Position numbers and translations under genes: made by a program. The notes under the pieces are model-generated. The model saw only the letters and a program-made list of their open reading frames with translations, ran no database searches and had not been told where the DNA came from. A stretch of DNA of 64,000 nt from an uncultured Bifidobacterium sp. (GTDB lineage: Bacteria; Verrucomicrobiota; Verrucomicrobiia; Limisphaerales; JADJPG01), in assembly GCA_964491875.1 (NCBI GenBank), contig CAZBIC010000004.1, forward strand, positions 52,669-116,668. The letters run 5' to 3'. Numbering within the stretch: the first letter of the stretch is position 1; the number at the start of each line of letters is the position of its first letter. This document shows positions 38,717-47,553 of the stretch, in pieces.

Positions 38717-40266
38717 TGCCGGAAGTGCCTCAAGCCGGTGAACACCATCGCGATGTCGTGCTCGTTCGCGGCCGCGATTACTTCCTCGTCCCGCATCGAA
38801 CCACCCGGTTGAATCGCCGCCGTCGCACCTGCCTTCGCCGCCGCTACCAATCCGTCTGCGAACGGGAAAAACGCATCGCTGCACACCACGCTTCCATTGA
38901 GCGACAATCCGGCTTCACCCGCCTTCCACACTGCGATGCGGCTCGAATCCACGCGACTCATCTGACCGGCCCCGATGCCCAGCGTGCGACCTGCGCCCGC
39001 GTAGACAATCGCGTTCGACTTCACGTGCTTCACCACGCGCCAGCCAAAGAGCATCGTGTCCATCTCGGCGGCAGTCGGTTGGCGTTTCGTCACCACCTTT
39101 ACATCTGCGGCGGTCACACGACGCACGTCGCGTTCCTGGGCGAGGAAAGAGTCCGCGCCGACACTGCGCACATCGAGGGAGCCTGGCGTCACCGGATTCT
39201 TCAGCACCTTCAGCAGGCGCAGATTCTTCTTCTTCTGCAACAGCGCTGCCGCTTCCGGGGTGAAATCCGGCGCGATGATTACTTCGCTGAAGATCTCCGC
39301 GATGGCCTCCGCGCAAGCGAGGTCAAGCGGTTGGTTCACCGCGATGATTCCGCCGAACGGCGCCTGCTTGTCCGTCGCGTATGCGTTGTCCCACGCCTCA
39401 CGCAGGTTGCCGCCCTGGCCGACCCCGCACGGATTTGTGTGCTTGAGAATGGCCAGCGTTGGGCGTTCGCCGTCGAACTCCGCGATCAAATTCGCCGCCG
39501 CCGTGAGATCAAGAATGTTGTTGTACGAAAGCTCCTTGCCGTGGAGCTGCTTGAAGTAATCAGCGAATCCGCCGTAGAGCGCGGCCTTTTGGTGCGGATT
39601 CTCGCCGTAACGCAACGGTTGCGCGAGCTTGGTCTGGATGCTGAGCGCGGGCGGGAGCGAGGACGCACCTTCAACCGCGAACACCTTCGCCAGGTGCGAG
39701 GCAATCGCCGCGTCGTAGGCAGACGTACGGGCGTAAACCTTCGCGGCGAGCTTGCGTCGCAGTTCCAGCGTCGTGTCTCCATTGGACTGAACCAGCGCGG
39801 CCACTTCGGCGTAGTCCGCCGGATCGACGATCACCGTAACGCTGTCGTGATTCTTCGCCGCGCTGCGCAGCATGGAAGGCCCGCCGATGTCGATGTTCTC
39901 GATCGCGTCGTGCAGCGTGACATTCGGCTTGGCGATGGTCTGTTCGAACGGATAGAGGTTCACCACCACGAGATCGATCGGCGGAATGCCGTGCTTGGCC
40001 ACCGCGGCTTCATGCTCGGCGTTGCCGCGGATGTGCAGCAAGCCGCCGTGAACCTTCGGATGCAGCGTCTTCACGCGGCCGTCGAGCATCTCGGGAAAGC
40101 CGGTGTAGTCGCCCAACTCAATGACCTTGAGGCCGGCCTCGCGCAGGGCCTTGGCCGTGCCGCCGGTGGAGATGAGCTCCACGCCCGCCTGGGCGAGCGT
40201 TTGGGCGAAGGGTACCAGGCCCGACTTGTCGAAAACGGAGAGCAGCGCGCGTTGAATCTTTGCCAT
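38713..40266 (-). CDS. purH: Bifunctional AICAR transformylase / IMP cyclohydrolase PurH
   Basis: ORF trimmed to ATG 40266 ([18 protein letters not shown]). [16 protein letters not shown] and C-terminal GLRHFRH. Confidence 0.95.
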   Translation of the reverse strand: MAKIQRALLSVFDKSGLVPFAQTLAQAGVELISTGGTAKALREAGLKVIELGDYTGFPEMLDGRVKTLHPKVHGGLLHIRGNAEHEAAVAKHGIPPIDLVVVNLYPFEQTIAKPNVTLHDAIENIDIGGPSMLRSAAKNHDSVTVIVDPADYAEVAALVQSNGDTTLELRRKLAAKVYARTSAYDAAIASHLAKVFAVEGASSLPPALSIQTKLAQPLRYGENPHQKAALYGGFADYFKQLHGKELSYNNILDLTAAANLIAEFDGERPTLAILKHTNPCGVGQGGNLREAWDNAYATDKQAPFGGIIAVNQPLDLACAEAIAEIFSEVIIAPDFTPEAAALLQKKKNLRLLKVLKNPVTPGSLDVRSVGADSFLAQERDVRRVTAADVKVVTKRQPTAAEMDTMLFGWRVVKHVKSNAIVYAGAGRTLGIGAGQMSRVDSSRIAVWKAGEAGLSLNGSVVCSDAFFPFADGLVAAAKAGATAAIQPGGSMRDEEVIAAANEHDIAMVFTGLRHFRH

Positions 40267-40381
40267 AAAAGAGACGGAGAAAATCTCCACCACACGCCGC
40301 CGCGTCAATGGAAGAATCTGCGGAACGGGGGTAGGAGACTGAGCGTGATGAAGTAAAAGCGGCAATTGAAGAACGCCCGTC

Positions 40382-40418
40382 CTCACCCCATCCCTCACCA
40401 TGAGAGGGCCGGGGTGAG
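40382..40418. repeat. Degenerate member of the CTCACCCC/GGGGTGAG hairpin repeat family
   Basis: CTCACCCCatCCCTCaccatgaGAGGGccGGGGTGAG, nested inverted repeats, lying between the DUF1501 stop and the purH start. Confidence 0.5.
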
Positions 40419-40431
40419 AGCGGACCAATCC

Positions 40432-41892
40432 TCAAGTCACCACAGCCTTCACCACGTTGCCGTGGATGTCCGTCAGGCGATAACGCCGGCCCTGGTGCTT
40501 GAAGGTCAGTTTCTCGTGATCAATGCCAAGCTGGTGCAACACCGTCGCCTGGAAGTCGTGGACATGGACCGGGTCGATGACCGCGTTGTAGGAGAAATCA
40601 TCCGTCTCGCCGTAGCTCATGCCCGGCTTGAAGCCGCCGCCTGCCATCCAAATCGTGAAACAACGCGGATGATGATCGCGCCCGTAATCGTCCTTCGTCA
40701 GCTTTCCTTGCGAATACGCCGTGCGCCCGAACTCGCCGCCCCACACCACAATCGTGTCATCGAGCAGCCCGCGTGACTTCAAGTCCGTCACCAGCGCCGC
40801 GCACGCCTGATCCGTCTTCGCGCACTCGTTGCGAATGCTGCGCGGCAATCCACCGTGATGATCCCAGCCTTGGTGGTAGAGCTGGATGAACCGCACATCG
40901 CGCTCAGCCATGCGCCGTGCGAGCAGACAATTCGCGGCGAACGTGCCGGGCTTCTTCGCGTCGTCGCCGTAGAGCGCGAACGTCGCGTCGGATTCCTTCG
41001 AGACATCCATCACGTCCGGCACGGAGGTCTGCATCCGATAAGCCATCTCATACTGCGCCACGCGCGAGTTGATGTCCGGATCGCCGAGGTCGTTGTATTG
41101 CACCTCGTGCAGCTCCGCGAGCCGGTCGAGCAGCTTGCGCCGGCTCTCCGCCGTCACGCCGGCAGGGTTGTTCAGGTAGAGCACCGGGTCCTTGCCCGAG
41201 CGGAACTGCACGCCCTGATGCAGCGACGACAGAAAGCCATTTCCCCACAAGCGCGAGTAGAGCGGCTGGTCGCGATTCGCGTTCTTGGAAATCAGCACCA
41301 CGAAAGCGGGCAGATTGTCATTCGCGCTGCCGAGACCGTAGCTGAGCCACGCGCCCATCGAGGGACGCCCCGCAATTTGCGAGCCGGTCTGGAAGAACGT
41401 GATGGCCGGGTCGTGATTGATGGCCTCGGTGTGCAGCGATTTGATGAAGCACAGGTCATCGACGATCTTTGCCGTGTGCGGGAGCAGTTCGCTCACCCAC
41501 GCGCCGCTCTTGCCGTGCTGCTGGAACTTGAACGCCGAACCCGCCAGCGGCAGCGACGACTGGTTGCCCGACATGCCGGTGAGCCGCTGTCCCATGCGCA
41601 CCGACGCCGGCAGCTCCTGGCCGTTCAACTCGTTCAGCTTCGGCTTGTAGTCGAAGAGATCCATTTGCGACGGCCCGCCGCTCATAAAGAGATAGATCAC
41701 GCGCTTGGCCTTCGGCGCGAAGTTCGGGAAGCCCGGCAGCCCCTGATACGGATTCGCGCTCGCGACCGCCGTGCGCGCCGCCTGAGCAGCGGGGTTGAAT
41801 AATCCCGCCAGCGCCACGCCGCCCAGCCCGAGGGCGAAGCGCCCGAAGAAGTCGCGCCGGTTCATGCCGAAATTGAGGTGGTTGCAGTTCAT
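40432..41892 (-). CDS. DUF1501 domain protein (sulfatase-like, Tat-exported)
   Basis: Tat motif [18 protein letters not shown]. Length and overall sequence character match the DUF1501 family that partners DUF1549/DUF1553 proteins. ATG 41892 is 2 codons inside the TTG-started ORF. Confidence 0.85.
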   Translation of the reverse strand: MNCNHLNFGMNRRDFFGRFALGLGGVALAGLFNPAAQAARTAVASANPYQGLPGFPNFAPKAKRVIYLFMSGGPSQMDLFDYKPKLNELNGQELPASVRMGQRLTGMSGNQSSLPLAGSAFKFQQHGKSGAWVSELLPHTAKIVDDLCFIKSLHTEAINHDPAITFFQTGSQIAGRPSMGAWLSYGLGSANDNLPAFVVLISKNANRDQPLYSRLWGNGFLSSLHQGVQFRSGKDPVLYLNNPAGVTAESRRKLLDRLAELHEVQYNDLGDPDINSRVAQYEMAYRMQTSVPDVMDVSKESDATFALYGDDAKKPGTFAANCLLARRMAERDVRFIQLYHQGWDHHGGLPRSIRNECAKTDQACAALVTDLKSRGLLDDTIVVWGGEFGRTAYSQGKLTKDDYGRDHHPRCFTIWMAGGGFKPGMSYGETDDFSYNAVIDPVHVHDFQATVLHQLGIDHEKLTFKHQGRRYRLTDIHGNVVKAVVT

Positions 41893-41953
41893 AGACAATA
41901 CTTCGTGAAAGTGATCTGGCTGTGTGATGGAGAATGCATAGAGTGCGGAAGTC

Positions 41954-42598
41954 TCAATCCCATGGGACTTCTGGTTTCAGTGCATATCGCGTAAATCTCC
42001 CGAAGTTGTTGAAAGAAACAATCTCTCTCGAATACTTCATCATTCTGCAAAGCTCAAAGACTGGGCGGATGTAGTCACCTTTTATGCCGGTCCCAATCAG
42101 AACGGCCTTAATCTCGGCTTTGATGAATTTGAATTTTTCGTCATGGCCAAAAACTAATCGATACTCCTCCTCGTGTTTCCAATGATGCGACTTAAAACGT
42201 AGTCGATCCTTCGTTCCGGCTTTCTCAAGCGGAGACATGTCTTCAAGGTATTCCACTTTAATTAAATCGTGCTCAAATGGTGTCATGTCTAACTCCAAGC
42301 AAATGCCGGAATGTCCATTTCCATAATATGACCACATCAGAATCGATTCCGGATTTGCCGAGAAGCAACAGACCCGAAAACGATCTACTTCATCTAGCGA
42401 TGCTAGAGCAAATTTGACTGATTCGTCGAATTTGGACGAGGCGTTCGTGGTGTCTTTCGAGCTTGGTTGCGATACTCCGAATAAGCCCTCCAATGGATCA
42501 TTCAGCTCAGATGCATTCGGGCAATACAGTCGCTTGGTAAGGAGAGTGTCTGCGACGTGGACGAACGGCTCTAGGTTTTTGAACTTGTAGAGAATCAC
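41954..42598 (-). CDS. DUF2971 family protein (function unknown), low-GC gene
   Basis: GTG start. [10 protein letters not shown]...[15 protein letters not shown] and [26 protein letters not shown] match the DUF2971 signature pattern. Markedly AT-richer than its neighbours. Confidence 0.7.
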   Translation of the reverse strand: MILYKFKNLEPFVHVADTLLTKRLYCPNASELNDPLEGLFGVSQPSSKDTTNASSKFDESVKFALASLDEVDRFRVCCFSANPESILMWSYYGNGHSGICLELDMTPFEHDLIKVEYLEDMSPLEKAGTKDRLRFKSHHWKHEEEYRLVFGHDEKFKFIKAEIKAVLIGTGIKGDYIRPVFELCRMMKYSREIVSFNNFGRFTRYALKPEVPWD

Positions 42599-42849
42599 TT
42601 GAAGAAGGGTATTGGTCGTTCGCCGAGGTCTGAAATGCCGTCACATAACAGCACGGGACGTGGCACCAGGTAATTGATTCCCGAAACAGATCCAGCCCTG
42701 AAGGGGCGGAACAAACTTGAATCGTCCGTCGTGTCGCCCTGACAGGGCTCACGACTCTCCGCGACCCCGAACTCAGGGCGTTGCCCTGGGCTGTCATCTC
42801 GCGCCCCTTCGGGGCTGGGGAAATGCTCATCGCGGAGCGATGGGGTGAG

Positions 42850-42912
42850 GGTAGCCGTGGGCTTCAGCCCACGGTAAGGCGCCGAACCACACCCGCGTCG
42901 CGTAGCGACGCC
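42850..42912 (-). repeat. ~62-nt double-hairpin element, copy A (inverted relative to copy B)
   Basis: The reverse complement GGCGTCGCtacGCGACGC-N20-CCGTGGGCtgaaGCCCACGGCTACC aligns with copy B. Confidence 0.7.
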
Positions 42913-42940
42913 TGACCTTCCACCACGACCCACATTCATC

Positions 42941-43002
42941 CGTCGCTCCGCGACGCCACCGAGCCGCACGTCCTCCACCGTGGGTTCAAACCCACGGCTA
43001 CC
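42941..43002 (+). repeat. ~62-nt double-hairpin element, copy B
   Basis: CGTCGCtccGCGACGC-N21-CCGTGGGTtcaaACCCACGGCTACC. Confidence 0.7.
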
Positions 43003-43181
43003 GTCGGTGCCTCGCTCCGCGAGGCGGGCGGAAATAGTTGAACAGCACTTCATCGTATGGTCGGAAGTTCAGACGGTGAACCTGCTCTGTTCATTGCAGA
43101 AATATCCGGACTCCGCCGTTCGCAATCAAGCCCACCGTTCCTGGTCTCTGCGTTTCGGTGGCGGGTTGGCGTGTCGTCGTT

Positions 43182-43223
43182 CTCACCCCTCACCCCGGCC
43201 CTCTCCCCGTTGAGGGGAGAGGG
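43182..43223 (+). repeat. 42-nt repeat, copy a
   Basis: CTCACCCCTCACCCCGGCCCTCTCCCCGTTGAGGGGAGAGGG. Contains an internal 10-bp stem CCCTCTCCCC/GGGGAGAGGG with loop GTTGA. Confidence 0.9.
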
Positions 43224-43374
43224 GGCGTGGAGGGCGTCTTTTGTTGGTTCATCGTTCAGTGCCGCGCTCGTTGCATTTTTGCTTCGCTGTGAATTTCGTA
43301 TCGGTGTGCAAAACCCGAAGCGCCACGAACGCGGCGACGTATGTTCGATCCTCAACGCGGTCCCATCGCGAACT

Positions 43375-43416
43375 CCCTCTCCCCTCAACGGGGAGAGGGC
43401 CGGGGTGAGGGGTGAG
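43375..43416 (-). repeat. 42-nt repeat, copy b (exact, inverted)
   Basis: Exact reverse complement of copies a and c. It is 151 nt from copy a and 24 nt downstream of the DUF559 stop codon. Confidence 0.9.
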
Positions 43417-43440
43417 GCGGTTCGTGTGATCCCCATCTGC

Positions 43441-43938
43441 TCAACGCACCTTCGGCGGCATCCGATTCGGTCGCAGCGGCACCTTCGCATCCGGCGGAGG
43501 CAGCGGCCAGGTGCGCGACCGTGCTTCCGGCGTTACCGGCACGTTCTCCGGATGCGGCGCGCGTTCCTGCAACAGCAGCCACAAATTCTCTTTCACCATT
43601 TCCGGTTGCTGGCGCACCTGCGAGTTCCAGAACCGTTTCGTCACGATGCCGCGTGAGAGCAGATACGCTTCCTTGGCTTCATCCCGCTGCTGCTGGTCGG
43701 GGAATCCATGTTGTCCACCGTCCAATTCGAGCGAGAGCTTTGCCTCCGCGCAATAGAAGTCCAACGTGTAACGGCCGAGCGGATGTTCGCGACGGAACTT
43801 GTAGCCCGCGAACCGACGGTCGCGCAGCAACCGCCACATCCTCCGCTGCGGCTCGGGCATCTTTTGACGCAGAGCGCGGGCGCGGTTGGTGGGATTCCTT
43901 CGAGGAGCGGAAGGTTCTGGTAGTTTCTCACCCCTCAC
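43441..43938 (-). CDS. DUF559 (Vsr-like endonuclease fold) domain protein
   Basis: NRARALRQKMPEPQRRMWRLLRDRRFAGYKFRREHPLGRYTLDFYCAEAKLSLELDGGQH is the DUF559 signature. The maximal ORF (to 44028) runs through repeat copy c, so the start is uncertain (GTG 43938 inside the repeat, or ATG 43860). Pro-rich C-terminal extension. Confidence 0.7.
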   Translation of the reverse strand: MRGEKLPEPSAPRRNPTNRARALRQKMPEPQRRMWRLLRDRRFAGYKFRREHPLGRYTLDFYCAEAKLSLELDGGQHGFPDQQQRDEAKEAYLLSRGIVTKRFWNSQVRQQPEMVKENLWLLLQERAPHPENVPVTPEARSRTWPLPPPDAKVPLRPNRMPPKVR

Positions 43939-43968
43939 CCCGGCCCTCTCCCCGTTGAGGGGAGAGGG
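43927..43968 (+). repeat. 42-nt repeat, copy c (exact)
   Basis: Identical to copy a over 43 nt (TCTCACCCC...GAGAGGG). Overlaps the 5' end of the DUF559 ORF. Confidence 0.9.
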
Positions 43969-44024
43969 AGCGCGAACGACGGCTTCGGTCGAGGCATGGC
44001 CTTCACCGCGTTTGGAGTGTTCGC

Positions 44025-47000
44025 TCACCGCTTCAAAATCGCCTCGTCAAAGTTCATCACCGCGCTGGCCACCGCAGCAGCGGCGGCGAGTTCGGCGCGA
44101 TCGAGTTTCGGGTCGATGGCTGATTCGCCAATCTTCAGCGAAGCCTCGGCATTGGCCTTGTCCGCACGGAAGAGGGCGAGTTGATCGTCGCGCAGCTTTT
44201 GCAGGATGCGGAGCTCGCGCGTCGTCGGCTTGCGTCCGGTCAGGAGGCGAAATGTTTCCGTCACCTGTTCCCGCGGCTCACCCGGATTTGACTTCAGCAC
44301 CTGCTCGCCGATGCGGCGGGCGGCTTCGAGCATCTGCGGGTCATTCAGCAGCACGAGCGCCTGGAGCGGCGTGCTCGTGGGCTGACGCCGGACGACGCAC
44401 GTGTTCCGCTCGGATGCGTCGAAGGTCGTCATCATCGGGTGCGGTGCGGTGCGTTTCCAGAACGTGTAGAGGCTGCGGCGATAGAGTCCTTCTCCTTTGT
44501 CCGGCGTGTAGCTGGAGCCAGCGGTGTCTTCCCAAATGCCCTCGGGTTGATACGGCTTCACGCTCGGGCCGCCGAGCTTTTGGACGAGCAACCCGGACGC
44601 CGCGAGCGCTTGATCGCGCAACATTTCAGAGGTGAGACGCGTCTTCGGTCCGCGGGCGAGGAGCTTGTTGTCGGGATCGCGCGCGAGCAGTTCCGGGCTA
44701 GCCTCCGACGATTGCCGGTAGGTAGCGGACGTTACGATGAGTTTGCAGAGCGCCTTGAGGTCCCAACCGATTTCCATGAAATGCATCGCAAGCCAGTCGA
44801 GCAATTCAGGATGCGTAGGCAGCGCGCCCTGACTGCCGAAATCTTCCGCGGTGAGCAAGAGGCCGTGGCCGAAGAAGTTCTGCCAGTAACGGTTCACGAG
44901 CACGCGCGCGGTGAGAGGGTTCTGGCGGTCGACGAACCATTGTGCGAGGCCAAGGCGATTGCGCGGGAGCTTCGGATTCATCGGCAGGATGTTCGCCGGC
45001 GTGTCCGGCTCGACGGTCTCGGCGCGCTTGTCGTATTCGCCGCGCTTGAGGACGTAGGTCGGACGCGGCGTCGGCAAATCGCCCATGCCCATGATTTCAG
45101 GGATGCGGTTGATGAAGTTATTCTCGTCGTCGCGGAGTTTCTTCAGTTCGGCGAGCTGCTTCGCGAAACCTTCGTCGGCGGTGGCGAGATAGTAATCCAA
45201 CGCCGCAGCGCGCTCGGCGAACTGCAGGCTACCATTCACCGTTGGAAAGGCGCCCCCTAGTTCGTGCATCTCCACCGCACTCAGCCGGCGGTTGAAGACC
45301 TTCAGCTCGTCGATCATGCCGTCCTTGAATCCGCGGCTGCGGAAGCGCGCGGCGAGCGCGAGCGGCTGGCCGTTCGCGAATTCCTTGGTGAGCTTGTCTT
45401 TCTCCACCTCCGTGGCGGCGGTTTGACCATTGACGAAGAGCTTCAGACCCGCGGCGCGGCTGGAGCCGTCGTAGGTGACGCCGACATGGGTCCACGCGTT
45501 GAGCGGGAGTTTGTCCTTGGTGCGGACCTTGATGGCGTTGCCGGGCCAGAAATGAATCAGACCGAAGCTGGCGTGGCCGTCTTCGAGCACGAGTTGATAG
45601 CCTTGGTAGCCGGAGTCAGAACCGGCTTGCTGATGGTGCAGCACGACAATCTCGGGCAGTTCCTCGGAGGGGTTGATGTAGAGGCTGAATGAGAACGGAT
45701 CGGTGCGTTTGAAGTCCGCGAACTTGTCGATGCGCACAGAGTTTTCGCCATCAAACTGGAGCGCCTGACCGAATCGACCTGTCACGCTCTTCGGGCCTTC
45801 GGAGAGCTTCGCGTGGAAGTTCGTCGCGGCCAGATTGCGCGATGTGGTGTTCGTGACATTGTCGAATGAGTAGTGGCCGATCAACCCTCTCTCAGTCCCG
45901 AAGGAAGGAAATCTTTGTCGAGAGGAGGCGTCCTTCGGCTCCGGGGATTCCCCTCTCCTCACTCCTGCGTCATGGGGCGAGGGAATGGTCGCACGCGCTG
46001 AGGCGTTCGACGCTTTGGCTTCAGCCAGCCACTTATCAAACGCCGGCTTGGCAGAATCTCGATACGTCTCCAGTTCCTTTTCCTTCGAGGCGACCGCTTG
46101 CTTGAGCGCGCGGTGTTTCTGCTCTTCGCCGTCCTTGTAGAGCAGCGTGGTCGGCGTCGGGATGGCGTCGGTGAAGTGCGAGTAGAGGCCGGATTCGTCG
46201 GTCGAGTTGAAGAACGCGAAGAGGCGGTAGTAATCTTTCTGCGAGATGGGATCGTATTTGTGGTCGTGACAACGCGCACACTCCATCGTGAGCCCGAGGA
46301 ACGCGCCCCCGAGCGTGTGGACGCGGTCAGCGTTGTATTCGACTCGGAACTCTTCGTTCACACTGCCGCCCTCGTTGGTCTGGCGATGCAGGCGGTTGAA
46401 CGCTGTCGCGACTTTCTGATCCTGCGTGGCGTCCGGCAGGAGGTCGCCGGCGAGTTGTTCGATGATGAACTGGTTGATGCGGATGTTGCGATTGAACGAT
46501 TTGATGACCCAGTCGCGCCACGGCCAGAGGTGATTGATGCGGTCGGCCTGATATCCGTAGGTGTCCGCGTAGCGCGCGACATCGAGCCACTCAACGGCCA
46601 TGCGCTCGCCGTAGGCCGGCGACGCGAGCAATCGGTCCACGACCTTCTCGTAGGCGGTCGATGATTTGTCGGTGAGGAAGGCATCCACCTCGGCGGGCGT
46701 CGGCGGCAGGCCGGTGAGATCGAGGCTCACGCGGCGGAGGAGACGTTCCTTCGTGGCTTCCGGGGCAGGCTTGAGCTTCTCGGCTTCGAGCTTTGCGAGG
46801 ACGAAGCGGTCGATATCGTTGCGCGCCCACTTGCGGTTCTTCGTTTCGGGCACGGCGACATTGCCGACGGGGATGAATGCCCAGTGCTTCTTCCATTCCG
46901 CGCCTTGCTCGATCCATTTCTTGAGCAGCGCGATTTCGTCCGTGCTTAGCGCGAGATTCGCTTTTGGCGGGGGCATGACTTCGTCGGGATCGGTGCTGGT

Positions 47001-47312
47001 GAGGCGATGCAGCAGTTCGCTCTTTGCCGGGTCGCCGGGCTTGATGATGAACTTCCCGTCCTCCAGCGCCTTAAAGGCGCCTTCCGGAGTGTCGAGGCGG
47101 AGCTTGCCTTTGCGCGCCTTCTCGTCGGGGCCGTGACAGAAAAAGCAGCGGTCCGAGAGCAGCGGCTTGATGTGGTAGTTGAAATCGACGCGAGCCGGAA
47201 GCGGCGCGGCAAAAGAGGGCAGTGCCGCCAACATGGCGGCTCCCAACGTGACAAGGAAGCGGATTGGTCGGGAACCGGCGTTCTCAGTGGTACCGGGGCT
47301 GTTCATGGTCAT
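44025..47312 (-). CDS. PSCyt1 / DUF1549 / LamG-like / DUF1553 protein (planctomycete-type cytochrome c domain protein)
   Basis: Signal peptide, then heme motif CFFCHGPDEKARKGKLRLD. DUF1549-like region (RRVSLDLTGLPPTPAEVDAF), CARCHDHKYDPI, and DUF1553-like C-terminus. Start is ATG 47312 or 47306; the track ORF extends to 47384. Confidence 0.9.
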   Translation of the reverse strand: MTMNSPGTTENAGSRPIRFLVTLGAAMLAALPSFAAPLPARVDFNYHIKPLLSDRCFFCHGPDEKARKGKLRLDTPEGAFKALEDGKFIIKPGDPAKSELLHRLTSTDPDEVMPPPKANLALSTDEIALLKKWIEQGAEWKKHWAFIPVGNVAVPETKNRKWARNDIDRFVLAKLEAEKLKPAPEATKERLLRRVSLDLTGLPPTPAEVDAFLTDKSSTAYEKVVDRLLASPAYGERMAVEWLDVARYADTYGYQADRINHLWPWRDWVIKSFNRNIRINQFIIEQLAGDLLPDATQDQKVATAFNRLHRQTNEGGSVNEEFRVEYNADRVHTLGGAFLGLTMECARCHDHKYDPISQKDYYRLFAFFNSTDESGLYSHFTDAIPTPTTLLYKDGEEQKHRALKQAVASKEKELETYRDSAKPAFDKWLAEAKASNASARATIPSPHDAGVRRGESPEPKDASSRQRFPSFGTERGLIGHYSFDNVTNTTSRNLAATNFHAKLSEGPKSVTGRFGQALQFDGENSVRIDKFADFKRTDPFSFSLYINPSEELPEIVVLHHQQAGSDSGYQGYQLVLEDGHASFGLIHFWPGNAIKVRTKDKLPLNAWTHVGVTYDGSSRAAGLKLFVNGQTAATEVEKDKLTKEFANGQPLALAARFRSRGFKDGMIDELKVFNRRLSAVEMHELGGAFPTVNGSLQFAERAAALDYYLATADEGFAKQLAELKKLRDDENNFINRIPEIMGMGDLPTPRPTYVLKRGEYDKRAETVEPDTPANILPMNPKLPRNRLGLAQWFVDRQNPLTARVLVNRYWQNFFGHGLLLTAEDFGSQGALPTHPELLDWLAMHFMEIGWDLKALCKLIVTSATYRQSSEASPELLARDPDNKLLARGPKTRLTSEMLRDQALAASGLLVQKLGGPSVKPYQPEGIWEDTAGSSYTPDKGEGLYRRSLYTFWKRTAPHPMMTTFDASERNTCVVRRQPTSTPLQALVLLNDPQMLEAARRIGEQVLKSNPGEPREQVTETFRLLTGRKPTTRELRILQKLRDDQLALFRADKANAEASLKIGESAIDPKLDRAELAAAAAVASAVMNFDEAILKR

Positions 47313-47553
47313 TGCGGATATAGCTTTGATGGGACCGGAAGCTGCGTATTCGGAATATTCCTGGAGCGTATTCATCAATCCCACAACGAGAAAGATGCTA
47401 ATGGAAAATTCAGGTCCTCCGATTCAAGCGGTGTAGCGGTCGCGTATCAAGGCGCGAAAGCTCGGTTGCCGGGTCAACTTAGGTGGGCCAGGGGCGAACC
47501 GGTTGTCATTCGAAACGATCTCTTGTCAGCCAGGGGCTGGCAGGTGTGGGCAA

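Larger units (their letters stand above)
42736..43025. repeat. ORF-free field of eight GC-rich hairpins (REP/BIME-like)
   Basis: Hairpins at 42736-48 (GCCCTGaCAGGGC), 42774-88 (CAGGGCgttGCCCTG), 42803-15 (GCCCCttcGGGGC), 42855-74 (CCGTGGGCttcaGCCCACGG), 42895-911 (GCGTCGCgtaGCGACGC), 42941-55 (CGTCGCtccGCGACG), 42978-97 (CCGTGGGTtcaaACCCACGG) and 43009-25 (GCCTCGCtccGCGAGGC). Confidence 0.8.

Noticed and set aside
40267-40431. ZTP (pfl) riboswitch, or other leader RNA, upstream of purH
   Set aside because: I read the minus-strand leader and found none of the conserved ZTP elements (ACUGGCG / CCGGG / CCGCCUGGGC). The only structure is the degenerate CTCACCCC...GGGGTGAG repeat hairpin and a weak GGAGA-TTT-TCTCC stem.
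42978-43004. tRNA-like T-arm plus acceptor 3' half (GTGGG-TTCAAAC-CCCAC-GGCTACC), which could mark a tRNA gene or an integrase att site next to the low-GC DUF2971 gene
   Set aside because: No D-arm or anticodon arm at the right distance. The matching GGTAGCC 5' strand is 150 nt away and belongs to an inverted copy of the same ~62-nt repeat (42850-42912). It is a repeat hairpin, not a tRNA or tRNA fragment that I can support.
42736-43025. Possible CRISPR array, suggested by the many closely spaced short palindromic elements
   Set aside because: The hairpins differ in sequence and have irregular spacing (29-52 nt). There is no repeated unit of constant length, no unique spacers and no cas genes in the window.
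45930-45990. Possible in-frame insertion of a repeat-derived element (RPE-like) in the PSCyt/DUF1553 gene, encoding ...SPHDAGVRRGESPEPKDASS... with an imperfect inverted repeat ATTCCCCTC...GAGGGAAT
   Set aside because: Similarity to the intergenic repeat families is weak (short CCTCAC / GAGGG strings only). Without an alignment to orthologues I cannot show that this linker is an insertion.
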